Origin: Promethearchaeota archaeon | GTDB lineage: Archaea > Asgardarchaeota > Lokiarchaeia > Sigyniarchaeales > SOKP01 | DNA length: 31,372 nt | NCBI GenBank assembly: GCA_004524535.1 | Contig: SDNY01000036.1 | Location: forward strand, 1-31,372 | Reading direction: 5' to 3' | Shown here: positions 24,095 to 31,372 of the stretch, one piece after another | Numbering within the stretch: position 1 is the first letter of the stretch | How the letters are laid out: every line of letters starts with the position of its first letter | Program-made: the position numbers and the translations under genes | Notes under the pieces: model-generated | The model's database searches: none | Seen by the model: the letters and a program-made list of their open reading frames with translations, nothing else | What the model was told of the DNA's origin: nothing

Positions 24095-26953
24095 TTGGCA
24101 AAAAAGAAAAGTATAGAAGATAAACAACAGAAGTCTCTCACTTCTTTCATGGATACCTCAAAACCTAAGAAATTAGTGGCAAAAAAGAAACCAGCGAAAA
24201 AAAAACCCCCTAAGAAACAAGCAGAAAAGCCTGAAAAACCTAAGACAGCTTCTAGAGCTCCTGTAGAAATTCCTGATGAATTATATTTTAAAGGTAATGA
24301 TATTCCCTTTGGTTTAAAAGAAGATAATTTTGAAATAAAACAGATTAAGGGAGAATCTTATGCTCAACGATATCTCAGGTATTTAATAGAAAAGGGTGAA
24401 ATTGTTCAAGATCTAGAAAAAGGGCTATTATTAGATGTTGATTATGATGGTGGACAAAATAAAGCGTACTGTAAATTTTACGATTTAAAAACTGACGATA
24501 TTAAAATTTGGATTGATACTACTAATCATGAGCCTTATTGCTTAAGTAAGGAGCCGAAAACCAGTTTAGAATCAAATATCGAATTAACTAATTATGATGG
24601 TTTCGTTAGAATTGAAGATGTAAAAAAGTTTGAATTATTAACTGACAAAGAAGTTCCAATGACCAAGATATACGGAAAGACTCCTCTCGACATTGGAGGA
24701 TCTGGAAAGAATATTCGAGGAATTCTAGGAGGTGCATGGGAAGCAGATATTAGATATCATCTAAATTATATTTATGATACTGGTTTAATTCCAGGATTAA
24801 TTTATAGTATCAAAAATGGAAAAATTGAAAAAGTAGAATTTAGAGAAGATAAAACTGAATCAAAGAGAATTGCAGATGAACTGTTAAATATATTTAAAGA
24901 AGAAAAACCGGAAATGCAGACATTTGCGGAAAAGTATTTAGATATTTTTCTTACTCCGATTCCTGATATTAAAAGGATGGCTCTTGATATTGAGGTCAGT
25001 ATGAGTCCAACGGATTTTAAAATACCTGACCCTGTTATGGCTCAGCAGGAAGTTATAAGTGTATCTTTTGTTGCTTCTGATGGATTAAAACAAGTCTATG
25101 TATTGGAACGAACTGGATTCAATTACGGAAAACTTCATGATAAATTTCCTTCTGATGCAAAAATTCTTTTTTTCAAAACAGAGAAAGAATTGTTAATTGA
25201 AGTATTTAGATTAATATGGGAATATCCCATTATTATTACATACAACGGAGATAATTTTGACTTAAATTATTTATTTCATCGAGCAAATAAACTAAAAATA
25301 GAACGAGATCTTAATCCAATTGTATTTAAAAGAGGATATGGATTTCTTTCACGAGCAGAATGTGATTTAAGAAAAGGAATTCATATTGATGTATTCAACT
25401 TGTTTTTCAATCGAAGTATTTCTGGTTATGCATTTGGAGGGGCGTATGAGAGTAGTTCATTAGAGGCAGTCAGTTCAGCATTACTTGGAAAAGGAAAATA
25501 TAAACATGAAGAAGAAATCCATGAGATGGAATATAATGTCTTAGCGTGGTATAACTTAAAAGATTCAATATTAACGCTGGAACTAACAAAATTCAATAAT
25601 TCTCTCGTCTGGAATTTGATTATATTATTGTGTAGAATGACGAAAATGCCTATTCATGAGATGATTCGGCATCAAATTTCCTCATGGATACAGAATATTT
25701 TTTATTTTGAACATCGGCAAAAGAATTATTTAATCCCTCGTCGTTCAGAGATATCTGAAATAAAAAAGGGTGGTTATTCAAAAGCCACAATTGAGGGAAA
25801 AGCATTTGCTGGAGCTTATGTTGTAAAACCTGTTCCAGGAATCCATTATGATGTCGTTGTGATGGATTTTTCCTCACTTTATCCCTCAATCATAAAAGAA
25901 TATAATCTTTCTTATGAAACAGTTCAATGTCCTCATGAAGATTGCAGAGATAATTTAATAAAAGGAATTCCATATCATGTTTGTACACATAAAGTGGGTG
26001 TGTTTGCTTATGTTGTTGGATTTTTTCGGGATATTAGAGTTAAATATTTTAAACCAAAATCAGGAGATAAAAGCTTATCAGATGAAAGACGTAGCTATTT
26101 TAATACAATCCAACAAGCTCTTAAAGTGTTTATTAACGGAGCATATGGAATTTTTGGATCACAGAATTTTCCTCTATTTTGTTTACCTGTTGCAGAGAGT
26201 ACGACGGGTATAGGACAATATTCAATTAAACAGACAATTAAAAAATCAGAGGAAATTGGTGTAAAAGTATTGTATGGAGACACAGACTCCATTTTTCTGT
26301 TAAATCCTACAAAAGAGCAAATGAAAAGTATTTCTAAATGGACTAGAGATGAGCTCGATCTAGATTTAGAAGAGGAAAAAACTTATCAATTTTTAGCGCT
26401 TTCTAAAAGAAAAAAGAACTATTTAGGAATTTATAAAGACACCAAATATGTTGATATAAAAGGATTACTCGCTAAAAAAAGAAATACACCTGATTTTATT
26501 AAAACCGTTTTTGGACAAATGATTGAGATCTTAAAGAATATTACAAATGATAATGAGTTTTTCAAGGCTAAAAATGAGATTATCGAAATAGTTAGAGATA
26601 ATTTAAAGAAGATTGGGAAACCAGATACTTTCACCTTAGAAGATTATGCGATAAACATCGCAATACAGAAAAAACTTTCAGGCTATACAAAAGTGGTGCC
26701 CCAACATGTCCGTGCAGCACTAGAATTAAAGGAAGCAACTGGTAAAGAATATCAAAAAGGCGAAGTAATTTCCTTTATAAAAAGCAAAGGGACAATCGGA
26801 GCTAAAGCACTTGAATTAGCAAAACTTCAAGATATAGATACTAAAAAATATCGTGAGCTTTTACAATCTGCATTAGAACAAGTGTTAGATGCTTTAGGTA
26901 TCTCCTTTGAGGAGATTAAAGGCATTAAAAAATTAGATGCTTATTTTCAATAA
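24095..26953 (+). CDS. polB1: Family B DNA polymerase, PolB1-type
   Basis: ExoI ALDIE, ExoII TYNGDNFD, ExoIII YNLKDS, DFSSLYPS, QQALKVFINGAYG, YGDTDS, KKNYLG, KGLLAKKRNTP. No intein. Confidence 0.95.
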   Translation: MAKKKSIEDKQQKSLTSFMDTSKPKKLVAKKKPAKKKPPKKQAEKPEKPKTASRAPVEIPDELYFKGNDIPFGLKEDNFEIKQIKGESYAQRYLRYLIEKGEIVQDLEKGLLLDVDYDGGQNKAYCKFYDLKTDDIKIWIDTTNHEPYCLSKEPKTSLESNIELTNYDGFVRIEDVKKFELLTDKEVPMTKIYGKTPLDIGGSGKNIRGILGGAWEADIRYHLNYIYDTGLIPGLIYSIKNGKIEKVEFREDKTESKRIADELLNIFKEEKPEMQTFAEKYLDIFLTPIPDIKRMALDIEVSMSPTDFKIPDPVMAQQEVISVSFVASDGLKQVYVLERTGFNYGKLHDKFPSDAKILFFKTEKELLIEVFRLIWEYPIIITYNGDNFDLNYLFHRANKLKIERDLNPIVFKRGYGFLSRAECDLRKGIHIDVFNLFFNRSISGYAFGGAYESSSLEAVSSALLGKGKYKHEEEIHEMEYNVLAWYNLKDSILTLELTKFNNSLVWNLIILLCRMTKMPIHEMIRHQISSWIQNIFYFEHRQKNYLIPRRSEISEIKKGGYSKATIEGKAFAGAYVVKPVPGIHYDVVVMDFSSLYPSIIKEYNLSYETVQCPHEDCRDNLIKGIPYHVCTHKVGVFAYVVGFFRDIRVKYFKPKSGDKSLSDERRSYFNTIQQALKVFINGAYGIFGSQNFPLFCLPVAESTTGIGQYSIKQTIKKSEEIGVKVLYGDTDSIFLLNPTKEQMKSISKWTRDELDLDLEEEKTYQFLALSKRKKNYLGIYKDTKYVDIKGLLAKKRNTPDFIKTVFGQMIEILKNITNDNEFFKAKNEIIEIVRDNLKKIGKPDTFTLEDYAINIAIQKKLSGYTKVVPQHVRAALELKEATGKEYQKGEVISFIKSKGTIGAKALELAKLQDIDTKKYRELLQSALEQVLDALGISFEEIKGIKKLDAYFQ

Positions 26954-27137
26954 TAATTTTGAAAGTTTTAAATGAAATAAACTTTAAGAGAACGTAATTC
27001 TTAAATAATGAAATAAAATAATCCTTACACTTATTAATCGCTTTTTTTTCAATAAATCTCGCTTTGATCGTTATCAAAAAATATTTATAAGATTAAAAAT
27101 GAAATATAACTACTTATACAAAAGAGTTAAATTATTA

Positions 27138-28223
27138 ATGACAAATCAATTTATTACGGTTCTAAATGGACTTAGCGCTTTAGTACTTGTGTGTATTGCA
27201 TTGTTGGTAGCAATTGTTTTTCTGCGTTTTTATTTTCAAAATAAAAATTGGTATTTATTATTTATAACACTTTTAATGATTGCATTGGCAATAGGGTATT
27301 TTGGAATTACTCTTTCATTTTTGTCCGTTGTAATATATGGGGACAACTTATTAGGACTTAAAGAATTAGTTCCATTCTTTACATATTCTACACTGCCTAT
27401 AGGATGCTTTGCTATTATATTCATGGTTTGGGACCTTGCTGGTGAACATGAATATAAAAGGAATGCTATAATTGGACAAATATTATATTCAATTGTTTAT
27501 TATATTGTTCTATTTATTACTTTCAAAGAAGCAATTATTTGCCCGAATGTTCCTACAGGTGAAATTTATGATGACTGGATCATACCTAATTCAATTTTTT
27601 ATTATATTTTTCTGGCGGGAATTTTATACACTACGATATTCACTATTATTGGATTCAATAAGATTAGAAAAGCAACATCAGGCGAATTATTAAAACGATT
27701 TATGTGGTTATTTTTTGCTCCGCCATTCATGGCACTTGGAATTTTATTAGAAACATTAGTTTTTATGGAATTACATAGAAACTTCCTTTATATTTCACGA
27801 ATTTTAGTGATCTTATCAATTATTTTAATTTATATTGGTACTAGACCTCCTAAGGGAGAAATCGTAGATCCTAATTTCATTAAAAAGGGACATCTGGACA
27901 ATGAAAAAATATTAATAATCGAGAAAATGTTTGCCTCTAAACCTGAAAAGATTACAAAAGAGGAAGTAAAGTTTTATAAAGAACAAACAATTTGTTTGGT
28001 ATGCAAGAAAGAGGAAACTGGTTTTATAAATTTATTTATATGCCCAGAATGTAAGGCACTTTACTGCGAAAAATGCGCTCGAGCGTTAATTGAAATAGAA
28101 AATATATGTTGGGCTTGCAACGGAGCAATCGATCAATCAAAACCAATAAAATTAATTGAGCGTGAAATAGAAGAAGATAAAAAACATAAATTCTCCAAAG
28201 AACCGCAAATAAAAAAAGCCTGA
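27138..28223 (+). CDS. Seven-TM membrane protein with a C-terminal Cys8 (four CxxC) RING-like zinc domain
   Basis: Seven hydrophobic segments counted by eye, then CLVC...CPEC...YCEKC...CWAC. Start is ATG 27138 or 27099. Confidence 0.8.
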   Translation: MTNQFITVLNGLSALVLVCIALLVAIVFLRFYFQNKNWYLLFITLLMIALAIGYFGITLSFLSVVIYGDNLLGLKELVPFFTYSTLPIGCFAIIFMVWDLAGEHEYKRNAIIGQILYSIVYYIVLFITFKEAIICPNVPTGEIYDDWIIPNSIFYYIFLAGILYTTIFTIIGFNKIRKATSGELLKRFMWLFFAPPFMALGILLETLVFMELHRNFLYISRILVILSIILIYIGTRPPKGEIVDPNFIKKGHLDNEKILIIEKMFASKPEKITKEEVKFYKEQTICLVCKKEETGFINLFICPECKALYCEKCARALIEIENICWACNGAIDQSKPIKLIEREIEEDKKHKFSKEPQIKKA

Positions 28224-28298
28224 AAAAAAAAAAGGCTCCTAGTTCCTTATAAAAAAATCAAGTTATTCATACATTTTTTAATAAGACGTACTAAAATT

Positions 28299-29378
28299 TT
28301 AAATGAAATAATACAACAAAATCATAACTATTGCGCAACATAACGGATTTAGGATATCATCGTCAATTCTAAGGCTTAAAAAGTCAATTACAAAGAAGAT
28401 AACAGCTCCTCCTAAAGCTATTATTAATATTTTATCTAGAACTAAATCCCTCTCAAATATCCATAGACAAATAATAACTATTCCAAATGAAGCTAAAAAT
28501 CCAGCTATGTACCCAACGATAGTCTTATCACTGCTTTTAGGAAAATTGCGCTTTCCAAACTTTATACCAAAAATGGAGGCGGCACCGTCTCCAATTGTTC
28601 CTATTAATGCTGCGGCAGCAAAGATTCCAAATGGAAAAAAAAAGATAGGCACGAGTGCTAAAACAAAAACAGCAGGTCTCGTAAATTCATATAACTCATT
28701 TCTATTTAAAGCCTTTTTTAATATATTTGAGACATTATCAGGTAATAAATGAAAAATATTACGATTTTCAAAAACATACGACAATCTCACGTAATCTAAA
28801 GCAGAAAAAACTAGAATTCCAGAATATCCCGCAGTGATAATTAAAAACTTCCCAAAATTCACACCACTAATTCCCCAAATTTGGTCGGCCTTCCACATCC
28901 CACCCCATATATAAACAGCAAATACCCATAATATAATTATTACACTTGCCGGAAATAAATGTAAAGCTTTTCTATTTAGGTCTTTTTTAAATTTACTAAT
29001 TTTCAGGTTCTGGGGTTCATTTCTTTTTTGGTTAAATTCTTTTATAAAAAAAGAGAAACTTCTTCTTTTTTTCAATTCAGGATTCTTTTTAACAACTCTA
29101 TATTGATAATATAATATTAGAAAAAGAATTCCGGGCGTAAAAATACAGATAAAAAATGTTGATAATGCTTGAAACCATCTAATACGTGAATTGTCCGTTA
29201 AATAAATGAATGGATATAACAATCCAGCAATAATCCATAAAACAAAAGAGACATAACTATTTATGATATTATGTTCCTCTGGATACGTCCTTTTTAGTTT
29301 AATCGCGTAATATAATTGGCAAAAACCATTTAAAATAAATAGCACTATGACTGGAAGTGTAATTACATTAAAAGCCAT
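28299..29378 (-). CDS. CTP-dependent lipid/isoprenoid-alcohol kinase (dolichol/phytol kinase, Dgk1-like)
   Basis: Polytopic membrane protein with RKALH, IGDGAASIFGIKFGK, KTIVG and IDDDILNP, plus an extra N-terminal 3-TM segment. Confidence 0.8.
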   Translation of the reverse strand: MAFNVITLPVIVLFILNGFCQLYYAIKLKRTYPEEHNIINSYVSFVLWIIAGLLYPFIYLTDNSRIRWFQALSTFFICIFTPGILFLILYYQYRVVKKNPELKKRRSFSFFIKEFNQKRNEPQNLKISKFKKDLNRKALHLFPASVIIILWVFAVYIWGGMWKADQIWGISGVNFGKFLIITAGYSGILVFSALDYVRLSYVFENRNIFHLLPDNVSNILKKALNRNELYEFTRPAVFVLALVPIFFFPFGIFAAAALIGTIGDGAASIFGIKFGKRNFPKSSDKTIVGYIAGFLASFGIVIICLWIFERDLVLDKILIIALGGAVIFFVIDFLSLRIDDDILNPLCCAIVMILLYYFI

Positions 29379-29423
29379 TATAATTAAAAAAATGTAATTT
29401 AAAAAAATATTGTGAAAAATAAA

Positions 29424-29699
29424 TTAAAGACCAAATAAAAGTAATTTATCAATCATTTCATGGAGCTTTTCCTTATTGTCGTCGCCAAGCATTTCCTCAA
29501 CTTTCACTTTTAAATCTAACAAAACCTTAAGACTGTTTACTATAGTATTTTCTACGAAACTATTAAATGTGGACTCCCTTCTTTTTGAAAAATAATCCAC
29601 TCTATTTAACATCGCTTCTTGATATTCTTCAGCAGCAGTGGGTTTCAACTCAGTTAATTTCCTTAATTTCATTCCAGATTCAGGATCTATTTCAGCCAT
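29424..29699 (-). CDS. Small helical hypothetical protein, 91 aa
   Basis: GAGGTGA SD 7 nt before ATG 29699, 20 nt downstream of the tes stop. Confidence 0.8.
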   Translation of the reverse strand: MAEIDPESGMKLRKLTELKPTAAEEYQEAMLNRVDYFSKRRESTFNSFVENTIVNSLKVLLDLKVKVEEMLGDDNKEKLHEMIDKLLLFGL

Positions 29700-29719
29700 T
29701 TATAAATCACCTCTTAAAA

Positions 29720-31372
29720 TTACTCTTTCTTGATTGTACCCCCATTATGGGCAATTTCTTGATCGATTTCATCTACTCGATAACCCATTGTGGTATCGAA
29801 TTCGTTTTTGACTTTTTCTGTTAATTTCTTCGCAACCTGCTTTTCTATTTCTGATCGGTGGAGAGTGTTCATTGTACAAAATGAGACCTCTTTTACAGTT
29901 CCATCAGGCATAGCGATTCCAAAATGAACTATACAGCGCTTTACTCTTTCAATATTGAAATCATACGCATCTTGAAAATGCATCGAGCTGATTAAAAGCG
30001 TTCCATGTGTAAAGGCACTTATACTATCCCATTTTCCATCTATCAATACTCTGCTAAACATCTCCATAAGTTTTCCGGGTTTCTTTGTATGTTGCAGCAT
30101 AGCTAAAAGAAATCTCGCTTTCAATTGTTGTTTATCTGCCCAATTCAATCCTTTATCCAAAGTCTCACCGAATTCTCCTAATAAATTTGAAAAGAACTTA
30201 ATTGGTTCTTTTTCTTTTTTCTTAATTTTATCCCAAAATTTATTAGCAAAATCAATAATCTTTAAAGGATCAAAATAATCCATTATTGAAACCATTTCGT
30301 TAGTATCTGGGTCGATTGCGAGGTATGTGGCAAATCCACAGTCAGGATGGCAAGTAAATTCAACAGGTTCTATTTCTGCTAAAAATGCAATTATTCTTCC
30401 CCATTCTACAATTGTCGACAAAGGATACCATGCACTTTCAATACTAATTTTGCCTCCCGTTTGATTATCAATCTCTTGAATTACATCAGCATTTGTTATT
30501 CTCAATTCTTGCATATCTTCAGCAGTTATTCTCCCACATAGAGCTACAGGCTGGAATGTAATTCCTCTAACGACGTCAATATTATCAATTGCATATTGAA
30601 TAATATTTCCAATCTCTATATCAGTAACACCTTTAGCAATTGTAGCAACTAGAACAATTGATGTGAGCTCTGCCTTTCGGCAATTTTCTATAACTCTCTG
30701 TTTGTATTCCATTAAATTTTTAATTCCTCGAGTTTTTTCATAAGTTGCATTATTTATGCCATCAAATTGAAAGTATAAAGTATCTAAACCCGCCTCGTAA
30801 ACCTTTTTCGTCCATTCAAGCCCTCCATTCTTTCTCTGGAATCCATAACCGTTAGTTGCAACAATAACTTCTTTAAAGCCGTGCTTTTTAGCCATAGCGC
30901 AGATTTCGGGAAAATCTTTTCTTACTGTAGGTTCGCCTCCCGTAAACATAATGGAAGGGGCCGGTATTGGTTTGTTTCTAAAATGCGCCATTATTCTATC
31001 AATCTCTTCTAAACTTGGCTCAATCAAATATCCTGCTTTCTGAACATTGGCATAGCAGAAATTGCAGTTGAAATTACATCGATTTGTAAGATCTATTAGC
31101 GCTAAAGAACAAGTAGACAAATGTTCAGGACATAAACCGCAATTATAAGGACATCCTCTCTTATCAGTAATCTCGCAATCTGGAGGATTAGCTTCGCCAT
31201 CTTTCTCAAAACTCCAATTTTCAGTCTTATAGTGAGTCCATTTATAATATTTTGCTGATGAACTGATTATATCTTTGAAATCCCCATGATCAGGACACGT
31301 TTTTCTCATCCAAATTTGATCATTCTCTTCGTAAATCTCAGCACCGATCCTTTGTAAGCATTCAGGACAAAG
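29720..31372 (-). CDS. tes: Radical SAM tetraether lipid synthase (Tes/GDGT-MAS, MJ0619 family), 5' end outside the window
   Basis: Frame is open to the window edge (LCPECLQRIGAEIYEENDQIWMRKTCPDHG). GCPYNCGLC, CNFNCNFC, TGGEPT, TCHPDCG, MHFQDAYDFNIERVKRCIVH, SFCTMN. Confidence 0.88.
   Translation of the reverse strand, partial: LCPECLQRIGAEIYEENDQIWMRKTCPDHGDFKDIISSSAKYYKWTHYKTENWSFEKDGEANPPDCEITDKRGCPYNCGLCPEHLSTCSLALIDLTNRCNFNCNFCYANVQKAGYLIEPSLEEIDRIMAHFRNKPIPAPSIMFTGGEPTVRKDFPEICAMAKKHGFKEVIVATNGYGFQRKNGGLEWTKKVYEAGLDTLYFQFDGINNATYEKTRGIKNLMEYKQRVIENCRKAELTSIVLVATIAKGVTDIEIGNIIQYAIDNIDVVRGITFQPVALCGRITAEDMQELRITNADVIQEIDNQTGGKISIESAWYPLSTIVEWGRIIAFLAEIEPVEFTCHPDCGFATYLAIDPDTNEMVSIMDYFDPLKIIDFANKFWDKIKKKEKEPIKFFSNLLGEFGETLDKGLNWADKQQLKARFLLAMLQHTKKPGKLMEMFSRVLIDGKWDSISAFTHGTLLISSMHFQDAYDFNIERVKRCIVHFGIAMPDGTVKEVSFCTMNTLHRSEIEKQVAKKLTEKVKNEFDTTMGYRVDEIDQEIAHNGGTIKKE

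Noticed and set aside
24095-26953. Intein or inactivated polymerase
   Set aside because: All exonuclease and polymerase motifs are intact and normally spaced. The extra length is the N-terminal arm.
570-29824. Short track ORFs overlapping long genes (e.g. 570-824, 902-1414, 3904-4122, 8670-8981, 13448-13645, 21637-21849, 25650-26634, 28507-28752, 29567-29824)
   Set aside because: They are antisense or off-frame shadows of well-supported genes, with no recognisable motifs.
29720-31372. Annotation as 7,8-dihydro-6-hydroxymethylpterin dimethyltransferase, and start at 31309
   Set aside because: That older name for the MJ0619 family has been superseded by tetraether synthase. The frame continues past the window edge and includes the first CPEC motif.

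Overview
AT-rich archaeal chromosomal segment, most likely Asgard (Lokiarchaeia/Promethearchaeota-like). This is inferred from a PolB1-type polymerase, tetraether synthase, an intron-containing tRNA without encoded CCA, a split GMP synthase, a 7TM-plus-Cys8 protein and GGTGA ribosome-binding sites. Gene content in order: GMP synthase subunit B, pirin, two tandem GH4 glycosidases, a highly structured intergenic island with two small acidic ORFs, a DapL-like aminotransferase, a degenerate small-GTPase-like protein, an MFS transporter, a thioesterase flanked by two gene relics, a phosphate cluster (AbrB-PhoU regulator divergent from pstS, fused pstCA, pstB, phoU, arsC and an unlisted wHTH gene, converging on an MFS plus NPP-type phosphodiesterase pair), tRNA-Thr(UGU) with a 45/46 intron, tldD-tldE, polB1, a 7TM-RING-like protein, and a tes / small ORF / CTP-dependent lipid kinase string cut by the window end. 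I saw no CRISPR array, IS element or intein. The most notable unexplained signals are: (1) three genes that apparently start at ATT/ATA codons placed 6-7 nt behind GGTGA; (2) a candidate bistable RNA leader ahead of a pair of possibly paralogous microproteins at 5250-6083; (3) the non-canonical tRNA intron whose 3' end copies the anticodon-stem arm; (4) the tetraether synthase / lipid kinase operon. All family calls come from reading motifs by eye; no database search was run.
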